From assembly GCA_051530055.1 (NCBI GenBank), contig CM121343.1, positions 5,984,389 to 6,048,388 of the forward strand: 64,000 nt of DNA. Direction: 5' to 3'. A program made the position numbers and the translations under genes. This document shows positions 52,053-61,259 of the stretch, piece by piece; the first letter of the stretch is position 1, and each line of letters begins with the position of its first letter. Origin of the DNA: Neoechinorhynchus agilis (lineage: Eukaryota > Animalia > Acanthocephala). Below the pieces are notes generated by a model. That model was not told the origin of the DNA and made no database searches. It saw only the letters and a list, made by a program, of their open reading frames with translations.

Positions 52053-52435
52053 TCAATCGTACTTCACCGTCCCCAAGACGCTCGCTGCGTTTCCTCGCTG
52101 GATAGCCAAGGATATTTTCTGCACTAGGAACGAACGAGCCCTCCTGTCATTGGTCGAGTTGATCAGTCGATGCCCCAGTTCGAAAACAAAACTCCTCGCC
52201 GCGCGTCCGAAAGCTCCTAAGGTTTCCACTGCGAAGGGGACAAAATGATGAGAATTCCTAAAATCAGCGTATTTTGCAACCTTACGAAGCTCAGCTGCTG
52301 ATGCGGCTCCCCCAGCCCCGGAGGATGCATATCGCAGATTGCTGGCTGCAAGGGAGTCGACGCATGTTGCGTCCCATAGGAGACATCTCCCCCTGCTCCA
52401 AGGAAAAACGGTAACTCCATCCGGCCTACGGGCCC
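52053..52435 (-). mobile_element. CRE-clade restriction-like endonuclease domain, 5-prime truncated
   Basis: RRPDGVTVFPWSRGRCLLWDATCVDSLA..AELRKVAKY..FVPFAVETLG..QKISLAIQRGNAASVLGT. Confidence 0.9.
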
Positions 52436-52743
52436 ATTTTATGTTCTGGTGACAGCTATTCAATTCTTTTTCGAGCTGTTCGGAAGCTGATCTGATTTCT
52501 GGCTTCTTGTCCATTACTGCAAGTTGAAAATCTTCGGGATACTCCTAGTGTTATGGAAGCGCTCGCGGTATTTTTCGACGAAACTAATGATGATATTGTA
52601 AAATTATTGCTCTTTACCTTGGGAAAATCTGTTTTATATATTGCCGACATCTATCAGAAGCAAAATTTTGTTACTTTAAAAATGTAATTGCACACTTGTC
52701 AGGATTTCGCAAAAAATCTTACAGTTAAAAATCAGTTTTTTTA

Positions 52744-55104
52744 TTAGCAGCGGTATGAGTCCTTTACGATCTTGGGTAAATAATAACTGCACAAAGATTT
52801 AAAATTAGTATGATAAAAATAAGAATGTATCCCGAGCGGGTTGTATTCCTCTCTCCTTAGTGCTGTCATTATTTCTCCTCTTTCTCTGGGTGGGAGTTGA
52901 CCCAAGTTGTCTGCAGAAACTAAACGCCGGACTAGTTCAATTGGCACTCCATATTTGGCGCAAACCACTTCCAAAGTGCGGTCTCTACTTCTCGCGAATG
53001 CCCTTTGCGAATGCTGCTTGATGAATGCTGCTGCCTTGTTCTTGTCCCGCTCAACTTGCTCCAAGTCCACTTGGGTGAAAACTAACTGTCTAACTAATCG
53101 CGGTATTCCTGCCTGATCGAATTGTTTCTGAACCTCATTGCAGTAATCCTTGTCAAGATCGTGGCGTATCAGCGCCGCATAGGCTCTTGCCTTCCTGTCT
53201 CTCTTCGTTGCCTTTTGTCCTACTCTGTCGGCCATTTCCCAGTAAGGATTCTCTATTCTCATCAGGTCATCTTGAGCCAGTTCGGGGGCTGCTTCTAATC
53301 TCAGTGCGAGTTGGCCACTTGGCTTCAATTTCGGTTCCTTCAGTGCAAGTCTTCCTCTCAACCCTAGCCATCCCAACAATGGCAGGTTGCTGTCATATTT
53401 AAGCTCCTGCCAGGGCAGCTTTCGCATTGATTCATTCTCTGGCATTTGCATGAACCAATTTATTGTTTCCACTGCTATCTGCCTTCCGAATTCTCCATCC
53501 ATGCCTTCTCTTACCATGTTCATGACTTGTGCTCCCACTGATGGAATCAATCCCACCAGATCTCTCACTGCATTCTTGTACCAATTGCCTGAGCTGTAAG
53601 TAGCCAATACAGGAGCGAGAGGGTAAGAAGGGATAGGCTCATTCTTGTCGCACATCAATTGCAGAAACTCCGCTCCACCCTCTGATATCAACAGTTTCTG
53701 TTTCTTGCCTTCGTATCCGGATAATTCCACCATTCTCACGTAAGCCAATGCGCTCAGCCAATCTCCTGTGAACACGACTTCATCATCTCCTGATTTGATT
53801 GTGTCCTCAAAACTGATGTCTATTCCAGTTGTATTCTTGAGATTTTCCAATAGGGCGAATGTGGCAGGGGAGCCGTCTCGATAATGATCGAGAGCTGTGG
53901 AACCGCAAAGTGTCAAGTAAGCCATCTTTTCGTTCCGACGACGGAGTAGGGGGGCAACTTGATTGACGGTGTGCAGAAGGCGGGTGAAATCCATCCGTGC
54001 GGATGTGTCCAAATCATCTGAAAGAATTAAACTAAACACTCTATCGAGACAAGGACCGCTCGAGATAGTGGTCGGAGGATCGATCGGATCGGGTGAGAGA
54101 GCGTGGAACATATTAGGATCAAGGTCCGTGCCGGGCTTCAACAGAACCTCTTCTTCACGCCACAGCTCGTTATATTCAGCACCAATGGGACCAGATGTGG
54201 CATAAGACAAACCCAAGGAGATACATACCGGTCCATGAGTTTCGGCCAAATGGGGCATGTCGCAAAGATAGTAATGTAGAGCTTTCTTTTCCTCGACGCT
54301 CTTCCCCTTGTAAAAGGGTACACTAACTTCTGCGACTCCTCTAGCCTTTTCACCGAGGAAGATATCATCTTGCTCAATAGTCAGACCTACGTCATGTAGG
54401 AATTCGGGTTCTTTCGCTGCAATGATGCCAAAAACTGTAGTTGGAATAGTCCGAAATAGAGAATAATTACCAGCCAAATCGGTAACTACTTTTGAAACGT
54501 GATCTGCCGACTGAACGGTCTCAACCGTCATCTGATACCCTACCGGCACATAGGGTCGCAAGATCGAATTGCCGTTGATAGAGTGCATAAGGCGGTTCCA
54601 TTCCTCGGAGAGCCTCTCAGCATAGCCGTCGCCACCAGCCAGGATGGAGGAGATATAGGAGCTAGTAAAACTGCTCACTCCATTTCCAGCTAAGGTGGAG
54701 ATAGCATCCGGTGAGAGCCATCCCGAAGAGTTAAACTGCCTGAAGTGCCTATTTTTTAGCGAGGCAAGCAAAGCTGTGCGCCTAGTGGCGCGCCATTCTA
54801 GATTTTCTGCTAATTCGCCTTGTCCGTTTAGAACATCCAACTCCTTACAGAAGGCGGCACATAAGCGCTGGTTACGGGAGTTGAGCCCATGTGCCAAGGC
54901 ATGCAACATGGGCTGATTGTTCCTGTGAGCGAAGCAGAGACCCATAAGTCTCTTCTTCGAAGTTCCGATCTTGTTAAGAAGGTAATGAGCACGAACCCGT
55001 ACATCATTACGAAGTTTGTGATCGACATTGTCTGATTTTTCCGCGATGGTCGTAGCCCCAACGAACGCAGCTTCATATTTGAAGTTTCGTATAGCGGCCT
55101 CCAT
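52744..55104 (-). CDS. RNA-dependent RNA polymerase of an endogenised dsRNA virus (toti/giardia-like, Ghabrivirales-like)
   Basis: 786-aa intronless ORF with ordered motifs: KEPE..EKARGV (F), LDPNMFH (A candidate), DGSPATFALLENLKN (B), KSGDDEVVF (C), GYEGKKQK (D), AEFLQ (E) and PLAPVLATYSSGNWY (toti-like motif 8). Confidence 0.8.
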   Translation of the reverse strand: MEAAIRNFKYEAAFVGATTIAEKSDNVDHKLRNDVRVRAHYLLNKIGTSKKRLMGLCFAHRNNQPMLHALAHGLNSRNQRLCAAFCKELDVLNGQGELAENLEWRATRRTALLASLKNRHFRQFNSSGWLSPDAISTLAGNGVSSFTSSYISSILAGGDGYAERLSEEWNRLMHSINGNSILRPYVPVGYQMTVETVQSADHVSKVVTDLAGNYSLFRTIPTTVFGIIAAKEPEFLHDVGLTIEQDDIFLGEKARGVAEVSVPFYKGKSVEEKKALHYYLCDMPHLAETHGPVCISLGLSYATSGPIGAEYNELWREEEVLLKPGTDLDPNMFHALSPDPIDPPTTISSGPCLDRVFSLILSDDLDTSARMDFTRLLHTVNQVAPLLRRRNEKMAYLTLCGSTALDHYRDGSPATFALLENLKNTTGIDISFEDTIKSGDDEVVFTGDWLSALAYVRMVELSGYEGKKQKLLISEGGAEFLQLMCDKNEPIPSYPLAPVLATYSSGNWYKNAVRDLVGLIPSVGAQVMNMVREGMDGEFGRQIAVETINWFMQMPENESMRKLPWQELKYDSNLPLLGWLGLRGRLALKEPKLKPSGQLALRLEAAPELAQDDLMRIENPYWEMADRVGQKATKRDRKARAYAALIRHDLDKDYCNEVQKQFDQAGIPRLVRQLVFTQVDLEQVERDKNKAAAFIKQHSQRAFARSRDRTLEVVCAKYGVPIELVRRLVSADNLGQLPPRERGEIMTALRREEYNPLGIHSYFYHTNFKSLCSYYLPKIVKDSYRC

Positions 55105-55165
55105 ATCACGGGTGAAAGAACCGTTCTTGTCAGTGGGAACAAAAGAATTATAATTGCGATGTCTG

Positions 55166-56662
55166 TCATATCTCTCGCTTCTCTACCCGAACGTGTTCGG
55201 CCTCACCAAGAGTGGCCTTCGCTCTACTCATGTAGGCCAAAAACGCGGTACCGAGATCGACCGGGCTATTCGGCAAAGACTCCAGATCTAAATCGTTGTT
55301 ATAAGCTGTCATGATCGGAAGATCGTCAAGATGAGACAAAGCTTGAATTTCTTCTCCGGTCCTCTCTATCAAAGCCAAACTAGAATCAATCTTAAGCTGT
55401 GCCCCTCTCAATTCTTCCAGAATCTTGAGAAGCACAGAATCGCGAGGGCGCTTAGCCAAAGATTCTCGAGTTGACTCAACTTGTTTTTGGTTTTGGGAGA
55501 GGAGCTCTCTAAATTCGATTCTCTTCTGAGCCAAGACTTTCTCGACTGCAACGCGGAATTTGGCTCGGATCCGCGTTGGGTTAGTGCTACGTAGAAGATC
55601 GGCCGGGGAGGCCCCAAAGACACGGGTAATAGCGGAGAGCTGATCCTGCGACGTTAAAGTCTCTTCGGGCAAAACCGAACGACTAAAGCTTACGCTCTCT
55701 GAAGGTTGGACTGTGACCACATCACCCCCAGTCTTCCTTTCAGTCAAAGGGGATGGAAGTGGCGGGCCAATTACTGACTCGACAAAATCAGGAAAGATAG
55801 TGGCTAAAGCTGCTCTAGCCCTGGTAAGAAGTGCCCTTGTAATCATCGAAATGCGAGCTTGACGGGTGGTAAGTGCCTCGAATGTAGGATTAAAAATGCC
55901 CAATTCTGTAACAAGCGCACCCCCAATCAATTCGCAATCTGGAACGAGTTTAAGCTTAAACAATTGTATAGCAACGAGAGCACGGATAAGGAGGAGAATC
56001 GACGTGTCACGTTTCAGTCTAACGGTATGATCGGATTTGGTTGTGTCGAAGATTTCCCGAACTGAGAGTTCGTCGTTCATGTCAAAATTGAGAAAGGTTT
56101 GATTAAACAAATAATGGGCCCAAGCGTGGATGTTTCTAGGCGAAGAAGAAGACTGCCCAATTTTCTTTTCGCAGTCGAGACACGACTTCCGGAGACGAAC
56201 ATACTGAGCGTAATAATCTTGAGCGCTGAGAACAGACTCAGAATTGACAGCTCTTTCATATTTGCTTACATCACCTGACTTCAGAACACAGGGGCGAGCA
56301 ATGTCCTTATAAAAGGCCAGAAATGCGTCCAAAAAGACCTTCTGCTCGTCGTAGGGCGTGTCTAAAGGCACGGCCGCTAACTCGAAACCCCCTTGTCTGA
56401 AAGCAGGACCCCGGAGGGAAGAATCGGCCTGGTAGAGATCGTCCGGACGGCGGGAGAATACGGCGAGAGCAAACTCAACCATACACTTCTGAGAGCCAGT
56501 AACTAGACGATAAATACTCAAGTTTTTCCAATCAAATGAATCGCCGGTAGATGGTGGCACGACGGCCTCAGACGAAGAAGACCCGGCAACGGAGGTCCGC
56601 GACAATGGAACAGTTGCCTCATCGTAGAGATCGGAGAAGGCGCGACAGGAAGTATTTGGCAA
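55166..56662 (-). CDS. Viral ORF upstream of RdRp, 498 codons, helical with C-terminal coiled coil; no early ATG
   Basis: Uninterrupted frame with the same GC-richer composition as the RdRp; heptad-like C-terminus (VEKVLAQKRIEFRELLSQNQKQVESTRESLAK). Function unknown. Confidence 0.7.
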   Translation of the reverse strand: MPNTSCRAFSDLYDEATVPLSRTSVAGSSSSEAVVPPSTGDSFDWKNLSIYRLVTGSQKCMVEFALAVFSRRPDDLYQADSSLRGPAFRQGGFELAAVPLDTPYDEQKVFLDAFLAFYKDIARPCVLKSGDVSKYERAVNSESVLSAQDYYAQYVRLRKSCLDCEKKIGQSSSSPRNIHAWAHYLFNQTFLNFDMNDELSVREIFDTTKSDHTVRLKRDTSILLLIRALVAIQLFKLKLVPDCELIGGALVTELGIFNPTFEALTTRQARISMITRALLTRARAALATIFPDFVESVIGPPLPSPLTERKTGGDVVTVQPSESVSFSRSVLPEETLTSQDQLSAITRVFGASPADLLRSTNPTRIRAKFRVAVEKVLAQKRIEFRELLSQNQKQVESTRESLAKRPRDSVLLKILEELRGAQLKIDSSLALIERTGEEIQALSHLDDLPIMTAYNNDLDLESLPNSPVDLGTAFLAYMSRAKATLGEAEHVRVEKREI

Positions 56663-56666
56663 GGTC

Positions 56667-56891
56667 CTACGCTTTCACACGAAGTCCGAACGGGAATGGA
56701 AAATTGCGGCTCACGCACGATGGTGGTCTCCATCGTATACGTCGCCTCCGTTCTATTTGTGAAATGCTTGCCCTCAAGCGACTCCCTGCCCAGTTAGGGT
56801 GCCCTCTTGCGCGCTCATCCCCAAAAAAGAACAAATCTGGCGAGAGCACTTTCTTTATTGCTCTTGCGCAGTACGCTGACCTCATCTCCAT
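56667..56891 (-). CDS. Short basic viral ORF starting at the TGATG overlap; possibly the true N-terminus of the 498-aa ORF
   Basis: ATG at 56889-56891 overlaps the upstream TGA; its stop lies 4 nt before the 498-codon frame. Confidence 0.45.
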   Translation of the reverse strand: MEMRSAYCARAIKKVLSPDLFFFGDERARGHPNWAGSRLRASISQIERRRRIRWRPPSCVSRNFPFPFGLRVKA

Positions 56892-57420
56892 CAACCTGCG
56901 CGTTTCTTCGAAAGCTTCTTTGAGGGTGCGATGTGGAGTGTAGATACATCCAATGCCGCATCCGCACTCGGGGCACCTTCCTCGCTCTTTCCTCTCTGGG
57001 GGCTTCTCCTGCTCGGGGATCTCGCAACCGATGCTTGAGCCCTCGATTCCCTTGATCGCTCTCTCGTCATCGGCGGTGAGGGCTGGGCAGCCGAAGAAAC
57101 CCCAGACTGAAAACCCTGGGGCTGGCCCTCTTTGGTGAGAAATCCTGCCTCTTCAAGCGAGTTGCGCTCTGACGCCGTCAAACTTTTTATAGCTTGTCTC
57201 TTTACTGATTGGTCCATGCCCTCAAATTCTTGTGACATCTTTCTCAGCGCTGTGAGTGGCATCTCTTTTATACGTTCCTCCATTTTCTTCGCTTCTTCTG
57301 CACTCTCCTGTGATGCAATCATGATCTTTTTAATTAGCCCTGCCTCCATTTTGTCAACCAATTCTCTTTGCTTTGCGGTTATCCTGGCTGATGATGCGTC
57401 TACTCGCTCCCTGACAGATA
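56891..57420 (-). CDS. Viral ORF1 C-terminal part: coiled coil plus Arg/Ser-rich disordered tail
   Basis: Frame open from LSVRERVDASSARITAKQRELVDKMEAG.. to SPSRRSPQRGK..KKLSKKRAG*. Confidence 0.55.
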
Positions 57421-57672
57421 GTTAAGTATTGCATGGGACGAACCATGTCGTTCAATGACCGTTAACTCCTGTGATGTCGTTTCTAACTTGGAGCTGATAC
57501 TTTCGGTATTGACCTTGGAAATCTCTGCCGCTTTGATGTTTTGAGCTGTTCGTGTTAATACTCTACGTCGGAAGGAACTTCTGGCTCTACCTCGCGATGG
57601 CCCTGTATATTCAGGCGGTCCAAAGGAATTTTGGTAGTCAGAACTGTTCAATTCGGCACCCTTTGATATCAT
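57400..57672 (-). CDS. Viral ORF1 N-terminal part (Arg-rich), probably frameshifted into the 56891 frame
   Basis: MISKGAELNSSDYQNSFGPPEYTGPSRGRARSSFRRRVLTR..; overlaps the open next frame by ~20 nt. Confidence 0.5.
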   Translation of the reverse strand: MISKGAELNSSDYQNSFGPPEYTGPSRGRARSSFRRRVLTRTAQNIKAAEISKVNTESISSKLETTSQELTVIERHGSSHAILNYLSGSE

Positions 57673-57775
57673 CAACTTTTACATCGTTCAATCACGTTGG
57701 TATGTTCATTTCTTTTGTCTCCTTCGAAGATAGGCGTCTTTAAATCCTGTTTTTTTGGTTATATCTTTAGCGTCA

Positions 57776-58284
57776 TTATTTAGTTTTTTGTGACTGCAAC
57801 GAATCAATGACCAAAGCTTGTTCTAATTTTCCACTAAATGTGAAAAGGGGCAATCAATTCTCGACGTAACCCCCAACCTGAATTCGCTCTATGTCTACGT
57901 ATCCTTGAGCGATGAAGGTGTTGGTAACTGAATTCACAAAGTAGATTTAAAGCTTTGTAGTTAAACTCATTGAATTTTTTGCGGAGCTCAACGCTCGTCT
58001 ACACGCTTTAAGTTTATATACGATAAACCCCAGTAATCTTCGAGCTTCGTCGCCAAGGTTTGCACGTCCTAATCGCGGCAACACTTCATCCAGGGTGGTT
58101 TTTTCCACTGAGTGCCATCTTGTTATCTGGTGACGTTTAATACAACATCGTCAAATTCTTTAACCGACTCTCAATCACTGTTCTGCACTCAAAAGTAGTT
58201 TCTTTTATTTCAGTTTTGCTGCAAAGAGTCAATCATGATCTTAGAGTTTTGCAAAATTTCTACTCCCTTGTCGATCTGTTTCAT
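57776..58284 (-). pseudogene. Degraded ORF of unknown origin directly upstream of the viral cassette
   Basis: ..TTLDEVLPRLGRANLGDEARRLLGFIVYKLKACRRALSSAKNSMSLTTKL*IYFVNSVTNTFIAQGYVDIERIQVGGYVEN*LPLFTFSGKLEQALVIDSLQSQKTK*: only 2 internal stops in ~110 codons. Confidence 0.35.
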
Positions 58285-59550
58285 TTATTTTGCCATGGTG
58301 GTATTTTATCCCTATGATATCTACTGTTATGGCTGTTGTCTTTTACACCAGTCTTTCCGAAAAAGCATGGAAGACCAATAAGGATTGCTCAGAAGCACTT
58401 GTTAATTGCCGTCTTTACTTTTATATAGAGCTTTAATTGTCGACGTTTTAGGGATTTTGTAAATGTTCCTTTCGATCTTTTTGAGAGTCCCAATGTGTTG
58501 ACCTTGAATTTGTCGAGTTGTATTCATCGGCTAACACTGGAATGAGTGCTGTGTACTTCTTTTCATTACTTTCTGTTGGTATCCTCAAAATGATTAAGCC
58601 GAGTTTGAGCAGGTTATTTGTTTTTAATATCATGGTATCGACCATTCAAATGAATTAGTTTGTTTCCTCAGCACCCTAGGAAGATCGCTATAAAACGAAT
58701 ATATTTCGACTGATTGAATCAGAGTCCGTTTATCAATTCAATCTAAAAACAATTGCAGTGAAATTTGTCACAAACACATACCAAATGATTGTTTTCGTTT
58801 TGACTCGCGTTAACCCGGGATTGTCAACCCCGTAGGCTGCCTCCCTGGATGCATTCAAACCAACTAAAGGTATTCGGAGGGAAACTTTTCCTTTGCTCCC
58901 TGTTCCATCATGTTAGCCATTTCAGTATGCATATCGACTCTTTTATCAGTCGATTGAATTTTCTATTTTCGGTACAGAGGACGAAAAAGAAGATTTATTC
59001 AGACAAAGGGGACACGGTGGATTAGGGAAGAGCAGGTTCGTGCACTTAACAGTGTTAAGAGCTTATATGTTCAGCTATTTTTTCATCTTGATAGCGGCCT
59101 GTAGAGGATCACGATCCAGCATCAAGGGTAGCTTTTGTTGAGCTTTTAGAAATACCTCGCGGAAATTCAGACGTTGATTAAAATATGAGGCCGGAAATAG
59201 CCCAGGAATTCTAGACGCTCTTGACTAGTTTGGCATCTAAGCGGAGCTTTAGAGCACATTGAGCGTGCACTTTGGCGACTTTCAACAATTTTTCATTTTG
59301 TTTAGGCCATCCTTGATTGCAAGGTTCGCCGTAAAGGTGTAATCCAAAAGATTCAACTTTTTGTGAACTAGTGGATCAGGAAGTGCCAGGATCTGGGCAA
59401 AAAACTGACGGATCCTGCGCTTGTCCACCGCGGACTTCAATTTAAAAATGAATTTCGTTTTTTGTTGATTTAGTGCCGGCCCCATTTGTGAAAGTATTCA
59501 CTGTAGATAGATTTTCCCAAAACGTTTCCGAGTACGATGTTTTTAATTTT

Positions 59551-59587
59551 GTCCGAATTTTCGCCGCTTTACGGCTTCTTCGGGGAC
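59551..59587 (-). ncRNA. Penelope 3-prime hammerhead ribozyme with CCGA (U4C) core variant
   Basis: GTCC-CCGAAGA-A-GCCGT-AAA-GCGGC-GAAA-ATT-C-GGAC, 18 nt downstream of the GIY-YIG ORF stop. Confidence 0.75.
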
Positions 59588-59916
59588 TCCCTCATTCTGA
59601 AAAGGTCAGAAAAGAGATAAACTGTCGGACAATTCATCCTTCCGATTGAGTAACCCATCCGTAGGTGCAACCGACCCTGCTACTCCTCCACGACTAATAC
59701 GCAGAGCCTCGGCAATGGAAAGGTCTACAGGATCAGGTGCCCTGTAGAGAACCCCCACCCCCAAGGCTGGGCTAACATTATTGTGGTGGCTAGCAAAATG
59801 GGTGGCCAACGGTGCTGACGCGTACGACGGTGCGTGCGGGTTACATGCATTACGGAAATGTTCAGTTACCCGCTGGTGTAGCCTCCGCTCCGTCTTTCCA
59901 ATGTAGCAGCAGGATT

Positions 59917-60606
59917 TCCCCTGGTCCTTGCAATTACCGCATGTGATCCAATATACCACGTTGTTCATCATAAAGGCTGCCTTCGGTCTTCGTCTTCCAT
60001 CTTCGTTGTCCAATAGACATTGAATGCACATTCCCCTGGTCCTTGCAATTACCGCATGTGATCCAATATACCACGTTGTTCATCATAAAGGCTGCCTTCG
60101 GTCTTCGTCTTCCATCTTCGTTGTCCAATAGACATTGAATGCACATTCCCCTGGTCCTTGCAATTACCGCATGTGATCCAATATACCACGTTGTTCATCA
60201 TAAAGGCTGCCTTCGGTCTTCGTCTTCCATCTTCGTTGTCCAATAGACATTGAATGCACATTCCCCTGGTCCTTGCAATTACCGCATGTGATCCAATATA
60301 CCACGTTGTTCATCATAAAGGCTGCCTTCGGTCTTCGTCTTCCATCTTCGTTGTCCAATAGACATTGAATGCACATTCCCCTGGTCCTTGCAATTACCGC
60401 ATGTGATCCAATATACCACGTTGTTCATCATAAAGGCTGCCTTCGGTCTTCGTCTTCCATCTTCGTTGTCCAATAGACATTGAATGCACATTCCCCTGGT
60501 CCTTGCAATTACCGCATGTGATCCAATATACCACGTTGTTCATCATAAAGGCTGCCTTCGGTCTTCGTCTTCCATCTTCGTTGTCCAATAGACATTGAAT
60601 GCACAT
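59917..60606. repeat. Six identical 115-bp tandem copies inside the Penelope ORF
   Basis: ATG of MCIQCLL recurs at 60031, 60146, 60261, 60376, 60491, 60606. Confidence 0.97.
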
Positions 60607-61259
60607 AATGATCCTCGTGGTGATTAATCCTCATTAGCAGTTTTCCTAAGGAAGGACCGGTCATATGCACAACCCGTGCTCTGACGTGGCATTCCCGAAG
60701 TATTCGCTTCACGTTCCATGTGAAATCTTCGGATATATACGGGATTCTCAACGGTGGTAAATCGATAAAACGATTGTTCCGATTTCGTCGGTTGTTTGCC
60801 CTGTCAATCATCCGGTCTACTTCTTGTGTAGAATATCCGTTGCTTGCGAAAATACCTCGGATTCGTTCCTCTGCATCTAATCTGCTCTGTCTAGTTGTCG
60901 AGCATAATCTAGCATTTCTCAACATGCCTCCTAGAATCGCCTGCTTAATCGCCCATGGGTGATGTGAGACCCGATGTAGGAGAATGTCCTTTTTACATAA
61001 CTTCCTATACCAAGCTCTTTGAGTTGGTTCGTCTACTCTGAAGATCATGTTGAGGAACGGTAGGTAGTCACGTGGTTGTTCTCTAGTAACCTCAATGTTT
61101 CCCTTAGGATCCATTCAGTTGAGATTCCGGTTAACCTCACTATCCTTCCGGTAAGAAAACAACACATCATCCACGTATCGGAGGTAAATTTGACTCGACG
61201 ATAACTGTGGAAAGATGCGCTGCCGTTCCAGACCATTCAGATATAAACAGCTTTAATGG

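Larger units (their letters stand above)
59500..61253 (-). mobile_element. 5-prime truncated Penelope-like element (RT plus GIY-YIG endonuclease), disrupted
   Basis: SCLYLNGLE..YLRYVDDV..LN*..YLPFLNM..SHHPWAIK..NGYS..LRIPYISE..NVVYWITCGNC..CYIGKTERRLHQRVTEH; one in-frame TGA and a frameshift at the tandem block. Confidence 0.92.

Noticed and set aside
57420-57700. Alternative genetic code (TGA=Trp) reading upstream of the 156-aa frame
   Set aside because: TAG and TAA stops also occur there, while a neighbouring frame is fully open in the standard code.
58640-59220. Second degraded RdRp (HTEMANMMEQG resembles AQVMNMVREG)
   Set aside because: Stop density in that frame is about what random sequence gives, and no GDD or SGNW motif is present.
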